Assembly: GCA_048938105.1 (NCBI GenBank)
Contig: JBHLMN010000002.1
Span: 224,001 to 288,000, forward strand
Direction of reading: 5' to 3'
Length of the DNA stretch: 64,000 nucleotides
Origin: Promethearchaeota archaeon
GTDB taxonomy: Archaea; Asgardarchaeota; Heimdallarchaeia; Hodarchaeales; Hodarchaeaceae
The notes below the pieces were generated by a model. It saw only the letters and a program-made list of their open reading frames with translations. It did no database searches and had not been told where the DNA came from. The position numbers and the translations under genes were made by a program. This document shows, piece after piece, positions 20,901 through 30,367 of the stretch (its first letter is position 1; each line of letters begins with the position of its first letter).

Positions 20901-21341
20901 GGCCCAATTCCAATAATTATAATCCCTGAGATATTAAAGGATAATTTTTCCAAATTGATCGAATTAGCTGACAGATCTTTTGGCGCTATAGGTGACATTC
21001 AAGACTTTGAGGGAGAAATAGCTTCAAATTTTGACTTTCTATTATCAAAAGACCTTCTTCTCAAGTCAATATGTTTTGGTTTTACTTTACAACGACCTCA
21101 AGCGAGGGGAGGCAAAGAGAATCTAACATTGAATGTTCTGATATATCAAGATGTATTTCCATTAATTGTTCAATTTCTTGACGAAATCCATGAGAAAGTA
21201 GAAGTTGTTCATAAGTTAATGGATAATGAAAATTCAGAGAAAAATTTGATTACAAGGAAGATTATTGCAGTCAGGAAGTTTATCTCAAAAATAATCTTAG
21301 CGTATGAGAACATTTATGGCACTAAGGATCTTCTGAAGTAA
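17940..21341 (+). CDS. Large single-pass membrane protein: signal peptide, Ig-like/beta-sandwich ectodomain, TM helix, cytoplasmic longin/uDENN-like domain
   Basis: Hydrophobic N-terminus; many NxS/T sequons; two Y.F.D.D.D......W...IP......W...P.DG repeats; TM ILIAIIIGFSIILTIIGSIIYF-RIFRK; C-terminal IVIAFFDQQRGPIP and FTLQRPQARGGKENLTL. Confidence 0.75.
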   Translation: MGHLKKIVMCLLILIPMTNLTFLFSPLCIKTLESLNVYSGTNYNNSILNDNKQEMFQFVPELRNKSLISSAEKRPSYNLDSNFNLTILKPINNGTKSEIPSENPLGVIHWQLVSDDNDSSFIIENYSTATSYTDTYQSQNITGISGIINSVSLNIRVRTSMSFANARAWTVLHTYDKEFIGSLNEPSTSWNNYSTNYLTNPNTLSKWTWDEVNTMEVGVRLRALPQQDRECWCSEVWIEVNYTQINDVDPPLIIDHGVDDLGNGTGIFWADIRDDLSSVDTAYISINGTEHSMINNGSCWLFQTSVLFKKYYQFQITNSSDSNGNYIDSPSNPKYYSFDKDIVTPVIDTPVYCPTLGDNGTFKVNVSDPWGELDTVIINVTIAAGVPQQNLWCVMENTDFGYMTNALIINKGIFHYFIIANDTKENIGISNEIISNVPNHFPEITDLQLSSDKDHYKDLIHSNDTLYVQYNFYDRDGDNEGGTEIHWYKNGVLQPLHNDSRQIPASYLVKNDQWFVTVKPRDGYNYGIELTSNTTLILNVPPRVYNYSYVFNSNCSNIFPDLRSTLSGQVFFIEDEIISLLYEFEDSDQPIDSDQSRIQWFCRLETSEWEEVLDYQNKTSIPPSEILVGEYWKCKITPYDGIDLGKSVDLNEILIESRPDILSHNVQPIIIDDKGNFLDEGNFRFQVVTSSLNPIISVEFLINDSSGVIYYAQRSPNNDSMWILDYNLPLNEFCDNYLAKTLITKVRVCSFLDYQDQEYMIYADYTFSFQVEDRCPPRVVGNPSIIFNDNINPTNITFLSNIVDYGSKIESVCLYYYFREINENEITLAGSGACFQQNDIVEWQAVNMSLLSVNMTNNIHTYSVTVPFEHNNTSKAIIFCIKTTDSSGNTGIPFNILNDTDRIIEFHFEKETMQFDPILIAIIIGFSIILTIIGSIIYFRIFRKPELIGLDKELVLNQISEVSESETLEFLDIHTIGIVIAFFDQQRGPIPIIIIPEILKDNFSKLIELADRSFGAIGDIQDFEGEIASNFDFLLSKDLLLKSICFGFTLQRPQARGGKENLTLNVLIYQDVFPLIVQFLDEIHEKVEVVHKLMDNENSEKNLITRKIIAVRKFISKIILAYENIYGTKDLLK

Positions 21342-21559
21342 AAGAAGATGTGTAATCCTTAGACTAGGTTTAGAGTTTTAGCTGAGGAAGACTTCAAAAA
21401 ATCCAAAATTGGTTTACATTGTAAATAACTCATTAATACTAAGATCCTACCATATCTTCGGGATTATTCGGAAAAAAGATCAGAATACCTTAGTAGAAAA
21501 AGTAATCCCCACATTAAAATAAACACCAATAGTTTAAGTACTAAAATATCTGAGTACTA

Positions 21560-21578
21560 ATCCCCAATGTTTGGGGAT
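21560..21578. promoter_or_regulatory. Inverted repeat upstream of the eutA-like gene
   Basis: ATCCCCAA-TGT-TTGGGGAT, about 25 nt before the start codon. Confidence 0.4.
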
Positions 21579-21603
21579 AGTTTCATACTAGGAGTTAGAT
21601 TAT

Positions 21604-23664
21604 TTGACTAGGTATGCAGAAGTTCAACTTGACATTGAAAGTTTAAAGTTCGGAGTCAGTGGGATAGTTTCCAAATTCTTTGAAAAGAGTTCTAGTAGAG
21701 AATCAACAGCGCTAATAGGCTCATTTATCAGTAATTATTATTCTGCTCTAGAAAAATATGAGGAAGAAGACACTAATGATTTTTTAAAGCTCCGACGGTT
21801 AATCACTGAATTTAAACCTGCTTTATCATCTGTGTTACAGCCCGGAGAAGAATTTGATGGCCTTTGTGAGTCGGTAATCCCTCTTTTCAATGTAATGTTG
21901 GATAGTGCTAAACAACAAATCATGGGAGAGTCTTCCCAATCCAAAACAAAGGGACCAATGATACCAGGGAGTGATCAATCAACCGATATTCGATATTATT
22001 GCACAGTATGTAAGCAAAAGTTTGATATTTCCCAAAAAGTGAAAATACAACTGCTAAACTCGGTTGAAAATGTGGAAATCCCCAAACATCACGGAAAGGA
22101 AATGAAGATCATGATTGTTCGGCTTGAGGATACTACCCCTCTTCAGGACGACAATATTTCAGTTGACACTAAGTTGGATGAATCCAAGTTTTCTGCTGCA
22201 GTTCTAATGGGTCATTTTCCCTCCCTTGAATCTAATGTTGAGTATCTGAAACTATTAAGTGTCGGAATCGATGTAGGGTCTTCCACTTCTCATCTTGTCT
22301 TTTCTAAGATTACATTAAAACGAGAACAAAGTTTTTTTAATCCCTCAAATCGTTTTTTTCCAATTAATCGTGAATTAATTTATGAAGGACGGATTATTTT
22401 TACTCCTCTCTCTAGTTCCAACACTATAGATATTGAATCGGTTGTAAACTTTATTCATGAGGAATATAAGAAAGCTAATATTAAACCCAATATGGTGGAT
22501 ACTGGTGCTGTGATTGTCACTGGAGAGGCAGCTAGAAAACAGAATGCTGCAGAGATCGTGAATCTAATATCTTCTGAAACGGGAAAATTCGTAAGTGCAA
22601 CTGCAGGGCCGAATTTTGAAGCTCTTCTTGGAGCTATAGGAAGTGGTATTGTTAAATACTCTCAAATAATTCTGCATACGATAATGAATGTAGATGTCGG
22701 GGGAGGTTCATGTAAGCTCTCAATTATATCAAACGGGTATATTCATAGTACTGCAGGCATAAGAGTAGGTGGTCGATTGCTGGGAATAGATAAGAAATTC
22801 AAGATCTGGAGGATAGATGAACCCAGTTATTTTCTAATGGAGGAGCTAAAAATGAATTACCAGCTGGGGGACATCATATCAGAAAAAGATGTGAGAATTA
22901 TTGCTAAAAAATATGCAGAAATATTACTTGAAGTAATGAGAGGGCCAGCGAAAAGTAACATCGCAAAGAAATTGATGTTAACCGATAATCTTGATTTTAC
23001 CATACCTATCGATGAATACTCATTTTCAGGTGGAGTTGCAGAGATGATTTATGGAAGTTTAAAGGAATATAATGACATTGGTAACTATCTTGCTCAAGAA
23101 ATACAGAATCTCATGAATAGTCTGAATTTGCCTATAGTAGAGCCTGATAATAAAATTAGAGCAACTGTTATTGGTGCTGGAGCATTTACTCTATCAATAT
23201 CTGGTTCAACCTGTTTTGTAGATGAAAATATCAAACTTCCAGTCTTTAATGTGCCAGTTATCCCTGTTAATGTCACATATGAGAATTTTAGCACACAAAA
23301 AGTTGAGGAAGAAGTAAGCCGATCTTTCAAGAATTTCGATTTTGAGGAAGGTGAAGATTTGGTTGCCTTGTATTTTACACGACCAATCTTATCCTCAAGT
23401 GAAAGGTTGCTAATATTTGCCAAAGCTCTAGAAACTGCACTTCCAAACTCTGCTGCAAATAAAAAGATGATAATCCTACTCTTCGGAATGGACATTGCTA
23501 GAATCCTTGCAACCATCATCCGTCGCGAAACTTCGATCAAGACAAATCTCATTTGTCTCGATGAGTTAGTCTTGAAGGTAGGTGACTGGATAGATATCGG
23601 AGCTCCCCTCCATAATGGTGAAGCTTATCCTGTTACTATCAAAAGTTTAATTTTTAAGAGATAA
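21604..23664 (+). CDS. eutA: EutA-family (ethanolamine ammonia-lyase reactivase-like) ASKHA ATPase with about 210-aa N-terminal extension
   Basis: LSVGIDVGSSTSHLVFS, DTGAVIVTGEAARKQNA, FVSATAGPNFE, FSGGVAE, IRATVIGAG, GDWIDIGAPL...PVTIKSLIF. Confidence 0.8.
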   Translation: MTRYAEVQLDIESLKFGVSGIVSKFFEKSSSRESTALIGSFISNYYSALEKYEEEDTNDFLKLRRLITEFKPALSSVLQPGEEFDGLCESVIPLFNVMLDSAKQQIMGESSQSKTKGPMIPGSDQSTDIRYYCTVCKQKFDISQKVKIQLLNSVENVEIPKHHGKEMKIMIVRLEDTTPLQDDNISVDTKLDESKFSAAVLMGHFPSLESNVEYLKLLSVGIDVGSSTSHLVFSKITLKREQSFFNPSNRFFPINRELIYEGRIIFTPLSSSNTIDIESVVNFIHEEYKKANIKPNMVDTGAVIVTGEAARKQNAAEIVNLISSETGKFVSATAGPNFEALLGAIGSGIVKYSQIILHTIMNVDVGGGSCKLSIISNGYIHSTAGIRVGGRLLGIDKKFKIWRIDEPSYFLMEELKMNYQLGDIISEKDVRIIAKKYAEILLEVMRGPAKSNIAKKLMLTDNLDFTIPIDEYSFSGGVAEMIYGSLKEYNDIGNYLAQEIQNLMNSLNLPIVEPDNKIRATVIGAGAFTLSISGSTCFVDENIKLPVFNVPVIPVNVTYENFSTQKVEEEVSRSFKNFDFEEGEDLVALYFTRPILSSSERLLIFAKALETALPNSAANKKMIILLFGMDIARILATIIRRETSIKTNLICLDELVLKVGDWIDIGAPLHNGEAYPVTIKSLIFKR

Positions 23665-23847
23665 GATGCATTTGGATCGCGGTCTAGAGATATTTGTACA
23701 AATTGAGTGTTCTAAGAATTGATTTTAAAATTTCTATCACTCCTTTGATTTAGTGGTTTGGTTTAGATTACATTTTCCACAGTATTTTCTTTCCTTAATG
23801 GAAAAACATATATATTGAAATTATTGTATTATAGATAGTTATATAGA

Positions 23848-24213
23848 TTGTTAAAATATAGAGGGTTCATAATGATTAATATCGATCGTTGGGAAGCTGG
23901 CTATCGTAAGGGATTTGCGAAGCCAACTATACTTCAAATACTTCTTGATGAAGGAGAAAGCTATCCTTACAAGTTGACAAAGCAGATTCCTAAGCGAACA
24001 CAGGGGATGTTAACAATGGCTTCTTCTAACATTTATCCTATACTTAAAGACCTGAAAGATGAAGGATTGATTCAGGTAACAGGAGAGAAAGAACGCAAAG
24101 TCATGTACGGACTTACAAAAGAAGGCCAGACCTTTCTAACGGAATTACAAGAATCAATAACTGAGTTTCTTACCATTATGCTAGCAAATTTTAGTAAAGG
24201 AAAAAGAGGATGA
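23848..24213 (+). CDS. PadR-family transcriptional regulator (start probably at Met 23872)
   Basis: ILQIL...SYPYKL, NIYPILKDLKDEGLI, RKVMYGLTKEG. Confidence 0.85.
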   Translation: MLKYRGFIMINIDRWEAGYRKGFAKPTILQILLDEGESYPYKLTKQIPKRTQGMLTMASSNIYPILKDLKDEGLIQVTGEKERKVMYGLTKEGQTFLTELQESITEFLTIMLANFSKGKRG

Positions 24214-24219
24214 AAGGAA

Positions 24220-24924
24220 ATGAATGACAAATTACCTTCAATAGATTCTTATATACAAAAAATTGATTATTGGCTTCTTTATCCTAAAACAAAAAAGAAA
24301 ATAGTCTTGGATAGATTAAAGGCGGAAATTATAGAGGCCATTCAAGACACAGAGAAAAAAGATCCTGTAGAAGCATTTGGTAACCCCTATCAAGTTGCAA
24401 AAGATGTTAGTTTGGGTCAGGATTGGGATATAGAGCGATCAAGTTATTCTGATAGAATAGTGGCATTTATGATTGATACATTCATACAGATAATCGGAAT
24501 TTTGATGGGTGTCTTTATTTGGATGAGAGCTGTGCTATCTCCTAATTATTTTGCTACTGGACATATAGTAACATTTGCTTTGGTCACATTATTTTTCTTT
24601 CTAATTCCGTATGTACTAATCTTGGATGTAGGCTATTTTATTATCTTTGAGAAAATTACAAGTAAAACACCAGGTAAAGCCTTGTTAGGATTAACTGTTT
24701 GTGATGTATCCGGGGTTCGAATAACCTGGTCACAAGCAATTATACGTAATTTAACTAAGGTTGAGTCTACCATACTGTTATTTGAAGTTATAATCGGAAT
24801 TGCTCAAAAAACTGACTTTCAAAGACCATTGGATGTCTTGGCCAACACTATCGTAATTAGAAAGAGATTCAGAAATCCAGCTGGGGAACATAATGCAAAT
24901 CAACATTCCAATGATCAAATTTAA
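24220..24924 (+). CDS. RDD-family membrane protein with N-terminal HAAS-like domain
   Basis: IDSYIQKI...VEAFGNPYQVA; RIVAFMID; TPGKALLGL; QRPLDVLANTIV; follows PadR. Confidence 0.8.
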   Translation: MNDKLPSIDSYIQKIDYWLLYPKTKKKIVLDRLKAEIIEAIQDTEKKDPVEAFGNPYQVAKDVSLGQDWDIERSSYSDRIVAFMIDTFIQIIGILMGVFIWMRAVLSPNYFATGHIVTFALVTLFFFLIPYVLILDVGYFIIFEKITSKTPGKALLGLTVCDVSGVRITWSQAIIRNLTKVESTILLFEVIIGIAQKTDFQRPLDVLANTIVIRKRFRNPAGEHNANQHSNDQI

Positions 24925-25005
24925 ATGATAATAAAAGAATTAAACCACTATTTCATTTTTATTCTCAAAGTTTAGAATAGAGGAATCACACCTCTGATTA
25001 GATTA

Positions 25006-25611
25006 TTATCTCCTTTTCCTGGTTAAATCCACCCCCTCTTTAAGAGCAACTTCAGTAAGGATAGTCTTGAGTATTTTTGCTTGAGTTTTAGCATCGTTTG
25101 ATTTGATATTCTTTATTTTTCGGGTTATATCCTCCAATGAGTTCTCCAAACTTGTTAAATCAAGTAATGCTGCCGCTTTACAATAAAAGCTTTTTGATCT
25201 TCCATCATTATATTTGTCTAACATAGTTTCAAGTAATCTAATTCGTTTTTCTTGTTGATCTATGAAAATCTTTACTCCATATTCTTTTATAAACTTTAAA
25301 TTTGACATAATTTTTCTATCTGGTGGATAAGAGGAAGATAGTTCCAATTGCAGGTATTCTTCATCACTTTTGAATTTCGAACATGGAAATTCAGGACATT
25401 CAGCACAAACTTCGAGTTTTTTTTTCTTGACACAACATGTTATGAAGGAACATGAAGGATGTTTGTTAAAGAAGTCAGGACCACAGCACCCAGGACATCT
25501 TGAAGGGCCTTCAGTATAGTATCTTGGACATAAGCCACAATCAAGACCACACACACCAATTGATGGATAGGTTTTTGTGAGTTTATTTCTCATATTGGAA
25601 CTCTTCAGCAT
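25006..25611 (-). CDS. DUF3795 Cys-rich protein
   Basis: CGLDCGLCP, CPGC, CAECPEFPC. Confidence 0.8.
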   Translation of the reverse strand: MLKSSNMRNKLTKTYPSIGVCGLDCGLCPRYYTEGPSRCPGCCGPDFFNKHPSCSFITCCVKKKKLEVCAECPEFPCSKFKSDEEYLQLELSSSYPPDRKIMSNLKFIKEYGVKIFIDQQEKRIRLLETMLDKYNDGRSKSFYCKAAALLDLTSLENSLEDITRKIKNIKSNDAKTQAKILKTILTEVALKEGVDLTRKRR

Positions 25612-25672
25612 CTTGTCTTATTATACTTAACAAATTATATTATTATTATAATTAATTATTAAGATTAGGATT

Positions 25673-26356
25673 TTACCATATCCTCGGGATTACTCGGTAA
25701 CGAACTTTTTGCATATAGTCTTTATAACCATCGAGTTCTTTAATCAAAGTCTTTTCTTCAAATAAGATTCTTGGAATAAAACAGATTAAGAATAATATTC
25801 CAGGTATTAAAGCTACAAGAGAACCAAGAGCAAAAGGTATACTCAATACAAAGAGGAGGTTGCCTAAGTACATTGGATGTCGGACATAAGAATAAGGCCC
25901 TGTAGATATAACTACTTGTTTTTCTTGGACCTCAATAACACGGGATAAGTAAGTATTTTCCTTTGTCACAAGCATAAAGAGAATTAATGAACATATTAAG
26001 GTTGAAAAACCAAGATATTTGAATAAAGATGGTACAAGTGTAGATGTCCATTGAAATCGACCAACATCAAGACCTATCAGAATGAACATCATAAAAAGGA
26101 ATATTCCAGCTAAAAAAAGGATGAGGGTATCAAAACCAAAAACTGGTTTGTAGTGCTGTCTAGACTTTAATGTTGTCAGATTATTTTTGAAAATTAAGAA
26201 GTGAAGAGCTATTCCATAGGTTAGAAGAACGATGATAAAAGCCCATGCTTCAGGCCAATCTAATGTGCCAGCTGGTATGAATAATAATAAAAAAAATAGA
26301 CTAAAACCAACGATCAATCTGATAAGCATATTTACGATGAAGTTAATTTGTACCAT
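25673..26356 (-). CDS. Isoprenylcysteine carboxylmethyltransferase (Ste14/ICMT)-family membrane protein
   Basis: VISTGPYSYVRHPMY, EEKTL...GYKDYMQKVRYRVIP. Confidence 0.85.
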   Translation of the reverse strand: MVQINFIVNMLIRLIVGFSLFFLLLFIPAGTLDWPEAWAFIIVLLTYGIALHFLIFKNNLTTLKSRQHYKPVFGFDTLILFLAGIFLFMMFILIGLDVGRFQWTSTLVPSLFKYLGFSTLICSLILFMLVTKENTYLSRVIEVQEKQVVISTGPYSYVRHPMYLGNLLFVLSIPFALGSLVALIPGILFLICFIPRILFEEKTLIKELDGYKDYMQKVRYRVIPRIW

Positions 26357-26509
26357 TGTGTTTGAACTGGTATTCTTTTACTATAAAATATCCTATCCAT
26401 ATTCTGATTTGAAAAGGTGGGGAATTTAATTACAAAAAGGCAATATAATCAAATCATTTCAGAACAGTAACTTGATTCAATAGATTGATAAGTATCTTAT
26501 TTCGTTGTA

Positions 26510-27322
26510 TTATTCCTTTCTTGCCTTGAGTGTGAACATTAAAGGAATTTTTTGAAATTTATCTGGTACATACCACCATTTATCTTCTTTTTCTTTAAGG
26601 AATGGGAACATTTTCCATGAGACAAATGGATACTCATGAATGAACTCAATCTTCAATCCAGCTTCGATTAAGCTATTTACAATATAACCCATATTATGAA
26701 CCCATCCATATTCTTTCTTGTTTTGTAATTTTACTTCCTCATTTGCATATGATCCATCATAATCAAATTCGAGAGGTTCTTTTTCATGAAAATAAGGATA
26801 CCTAACAATCAGATCATTCTCACATTCATCATCAAAAATGTTCCCTGTAGGATGTGAATCTGCGATATAAAAGACTCCATTTGGTTTCAAAAAGTAAGAA
26901 ATAATTTTAGCCCATTTTTGAAGATCAGGTAACCAATATATAGCCCCATGACTTGTGAATATAACATCATAGCTAGCGGGTTTTAAAACACTTTTCTCTA
27001 GGTTGTAAATGTCTGAATGGATGAAAGTTGCCTCAATACCTATTTCCTTACTCAATTCTTGGGCAAGCTTAATTGCACGACTGGAAAAATCAACTCCTGT
27101 AACTTTTGCTCCAAGTCTAGCCCAAGATAAAGTGTCTTTTCCGAAATGGCATTGTAAATGTAATAATTTCTTTCCTTTCACATCCTCTACCTCCTTGATT
27201 TCAAGCTCACTGATCGAAATCCCTCCTTTTTTGAATTCTTTAACATTATAGAATTCACTTTTATAATGAACGTCAGCTAGTTCATCCCAGCGTTTTCTAT
27301 TAGCTTCAATATATTCTTTCAA
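26510..27322 (-). CDS. Class I SAM-dependent methyltransferase
   Basis: LLHLQCHFGKDTLSWARLGAKVTGVDFS. Confidence 0.85.
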   Translation of the reverse strand: MKEYIEANRKRWDELADVHYKSEFYNVKEFKKGGISISELEIKEVEDVKGKKLLHLQCHFGKDTLSWARLGAKVTGVDFSSRAIKLAQELSKEIGIEATFIHSDIYNLEKSVLKPASYDVIFTSHGAIYWLPDLQKWAKIISYFLKPNGVFYIADSHPTGNIFDDECENDLIVRYPYFHEKEPLEFDYDGSYANEEVKLQNKKEYGWVHNMGYIVNSLIEAGLKIEFIHEYPFVSWKMFPFLKEKEDKWWYVPDKFQKIPLMFTLKARKE

Positions 27323-27461
27323 CGTTTATCCAAACCAAGATATTAGTTATTATCGATGAAGAGTCTAATCACCTGGAATCAAAGAAACAATTTACGAAAT
27401 AATCAAGATAATCTTGAAAAAAAGGATTATCTTTGTGTGGTAGAAGGAATTTGAAATTAGG

Positions 27462-28532
27462 TTATTTTACAGATTTGGATACGTGATAATAATATCTTTT
27501 TTGTAATTGATTATCGATCCGATAAATACAATTCTTTCCATCAGCAATTCGATCTTCACAAAGATCGAGATTCTTTTCCTTTTCAAACATTTCTCGTAAT
27601 TCATTCCCGAAAGAAATTTCTCGTTCCCATATATCCCTTGCATTTCGTGTAAAATCAACCACTGTAAAGGATAAATCATTGTTTTTCAAAGCTTGGGCTA
27701 TTTTGGTTTGATTAGGTTTCAAAATATGTTGATGTTCTTTAGATTCGATAATTTGTGCGAAAAATATACCCAATTGCCCATTTGGTTCTAAAATTTCTTT
27801 TAACTTAGCTATGGTTGTCTCCAAGTTATCTATATTGGGTGGATAAAGAGTATCTATGGCATAAATAGCAGTAAAGGATGAAGATGGAAAAGAAAGGTCA
27901 TTAATATTACCTACCTGAAACTCTAGAACATCTTCGTCTGCTTCTGTGTTTGTTTTAGCCCATTGAATAAGTTGTTCGGCAAAATCGATTCCAGTGATCT
28001 TTGCGCCTGTTTTCACCTGAATGTATTCTGTTACTTTTCCCAATCCACATCCTAAGTCTAAAACTGAATCATGTGAATTTAGATTTAATGTCGATATGAG
28101 TGTATCTAATTGATCCATATCAAGAACATTGAACTGATAAAGGTTCTTTCCAAATACTTTTTCACAGAACAGGCCATATGCTTTACTTTTAGCACATCTG
28201 AGGAGATTATCATTATACCAGTCACTTATTTGTTTAGAACGAATTCTTTTTCCTACTTTGAATCCTATCTTTGTAAGCTTAAGCTCAGATCCATCATTAA
28301 AAATTAGAGTTTTCGCTATCAATGAATTAATTGTAGAATCGGAATCCACTTTCTTCTTAGAGATCATTTTAAGCTTTTTGATTCCTTCTACTGTAAGAGT
28401 AATCTTTAAACTTTCAGAAATTGTTATTTCATTTGTTTTAGGATCCTTCTCTCTTGATTCGAGTTCACTAATGATCCCTAAAACTATTTCTTCATCTTTT
28501 GTTAAATTCCTATATTCATTAGTAATTTCCAT
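27462..28532 (-). CDS. Class I SAM-dependent methyltransferase with N-terminal wHTH-like extension
   Basis: VLDLGCGLG, ITGIDF; N-terminal ...LKLTKIG. Confidence 0.8.
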   Translation of the reverse strand: MEITNEYRNLTKDEEIVLGIISELESREKDPKTNEITISESLKITLTVEGIKKLKMISKKKVDSDSTINSLIAKTLIFNDGSELKLTKIGFKVGKRIRSKQISDWYNDNLLRCAKSKAYGLFCEKVFGKNLYQFNVLDMDQLDTLISTLNLNSHDSVLDLGCGLGKVTEYIQVKTGAKITGIDFAEQLIQWAKTNTEADEDVLEFQVGNINDLSFPSSSFTAIYAIDTLYPPNIDNLETTIAKLKEILEPNGQLGIFFAQIIESKEHQHILKPNQTKIAQALKNNDLSFTVVDFTRNARDIWEREISFGNELREMFEKEKNLDLCEDRIADGKNCIYRIDNQLQKRYYYHVSKSVK

Positions 28533-28652
28533 AGTAATTTCACTTTGTTTAAATTAAGGTAATTAAGAAGTATCAGTTCTGTTTTCATTATATACTAATT
28601 GAATTATGCAAAAAAACAATGAAAAGAATTACCTCGAATCTCATTAGAATGA

Positions 28653-30188
28653 TCAGAGATACATTGCTAATTCTACTATTTCAGAGATATCCTTAATCTG
28701 TAGTGGGATGGATTTCCTTCGAGACGTAATATAGAAATTCATTTGACACTGTGGACAAGCAGTTGTTAATAAATTAACATTGATTGGAATTACGTCTTCT
28801 GTTAGTCTTGTATAAGTAGACTCCATACTCACATGATGATTAAATGACCAAAGACCACCTCCCCCTCCACAACATCGTGATTTGTCTTTGTTAAAAGGCA
28901 TTTCAACAAGTTTTAAGTCAGGTATAGATTTTAGAACCTTACGAGGAGCCTCATAAACATTACTGTGCCTCCCTAAAGAACAAGGATCATGATAAGTTAC
29001 CTTCTGGTCTACCTCCCTTAGTTCTATCTCTCCCGTCCTTATCTTATTTTCAAGGAATTGTGTTGAATGATATGTCTTACATGGTAAAGAAATATCAAGA
29101 ATCTCTGGGTATAATCTTGTAAATGTATAATAACATCCTGCACAAGATGTTACCACTGATTCAGCTTTTGTCTTTTTTATTTTTTTAATGAGTTCCTGTG
29201 CAACCTGTTTTGCTTCATCCCATAGACCTGAAACAAGTAAAACGTAACCACAACATCCCTCATCTTTTTTTAACATTGTAAAGTTTTCATTGGTATGATT
29301 TAAGATGTTAAAGAAGGCTTTAGCTGTGTTTGGTGTTCTATTTGCTACTACGCATCCAATAAAATAGAGTAGATCAGCTTCTTGTGGTAGTTTTTTGTGT
29401 TGTACATCCTTTATCCATGCAAGTCGTTGTTCAATTGGAACAGCACTAGGATCTCCATATTCTAAGATATTTTGAGCTGTTGAATTAAATACCTCTGGAA
29501 CCATATTATTTTCTGCAATATACCGTCTCATTCGAACAATCGCCTCATGAAGATCTACTTTTTGAAAACATTCTCCAAAACAACGTCCACACTTACTGCA
29601 ATTATATAAAACATCAATGATTTTATTTGTAAGATTTAATTCTCCCTTCATTACCCCCTTAATTAATAATCCTCTACCTCTTGCAGAATATGTTTCTACT
29701 CCGTTATAGGAAGGAGTAACAGTGCAGTAATCGCTACATATCGAAGATTGGAGACATGTATTTCCAAATTTTTGGATAAACAGTGTTTGTACAGCTAAAG
29801 CGAAATTTCGATAGGTTCCATGACCAATACGACGAAGTTCAGCCAAATATTTATTTATATCTGATTTTTGTATCTTATTCGTGACATCTTTATCGAGTGT
29901 CGGAATTTTTACATCGTCCAACAATATGATTGTATCAGAATTTGCGATAGTAGATGGGAGAGAATCTCCCCTTTGAATTAATGTTACATTCTTTTTTTCA
30001 ATTACTTCAAAGATTTTTTCTTTTTGATCTAATGAATATACTTTGACCACAATGTCAGGTAATGGATAAACCTGATCCATGAAGATTTTTTCAAATGAAT
30101 AAACATAACGGTCTTCCAAGTCAGTTAGGACATGAATTTTTGTAGAGGTCTGTTTTAGCTGTTCAACAAGTGTTTTTTGTGATACCAT
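28653..30188 (-). CDS. HdrD/GlpC-like Fe-S oxidoreductase with two CCG domains and a short GlcD-like N-terminus
   Basis: CSKCGRCFGEC, EGCCG, TSCAGC, TYHDPCSLGR, RCCGGGGG, TACPQC. Confidence 0.85.
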   Translation of the reverse strand: MVSQKTLVEQLKQTSTKIHVLTDLEDRYVYSFEKIFMDQVYPLPDIVVKVYSLDQKEKIFEVIEKKNVTLIQRGDSLPSTIANSDTIILLDDVKIPTLDKDVTNKIQKSDINKYLAELRRIGHGTYRNFALAVQTLFIQKFGNTCLQSSICSDYCTVTPSYNGVETYSARGRGLLIKGVMKGELNLTNKIIDVLYNCSKCGRCFGECFQKVDLHEAIVRMRRYIAENNMVPEVFNSTAQNILEYGDPSAVPIEQRLAWIKDVQHKKLPQEADLLYFIGCVVANRTPNTAKAFFNILNHTNENFTMLKKDEGCCGYVLLVSGLWDEAKQVAQELIKKIKKTKAESVVTSCAGCYYTFTRLYPEILDISLPCKTYHSTQFLENKIRTGEIELREVDQKVTYHDPCSLGRHSNVYEAPRKVLKSIPDLKLVEMPFNKDKSRCCGGGGGLWSFNHHVSMESTYTRLTEDVIPINVNLLTTACPQCQMNFYITSRRKSIPLQIKDISEIVELAMYL

Positions 30189-30367
30189 GTTAGTAAAGCT
30201 TGAGAGTAGAAGGTTTTTATTAATTTCCTGAATTCATTATGAAAACCAGTGGATCTCTCTCGATTTATGAATAGGATCGAAATTCTCATTGAGTGGAAAT
30301 TTTGAGGGAATTTTATCCTATTTAACACTTGTAAAAGAATGAAACATAATGTACTGGTGATAATAAA

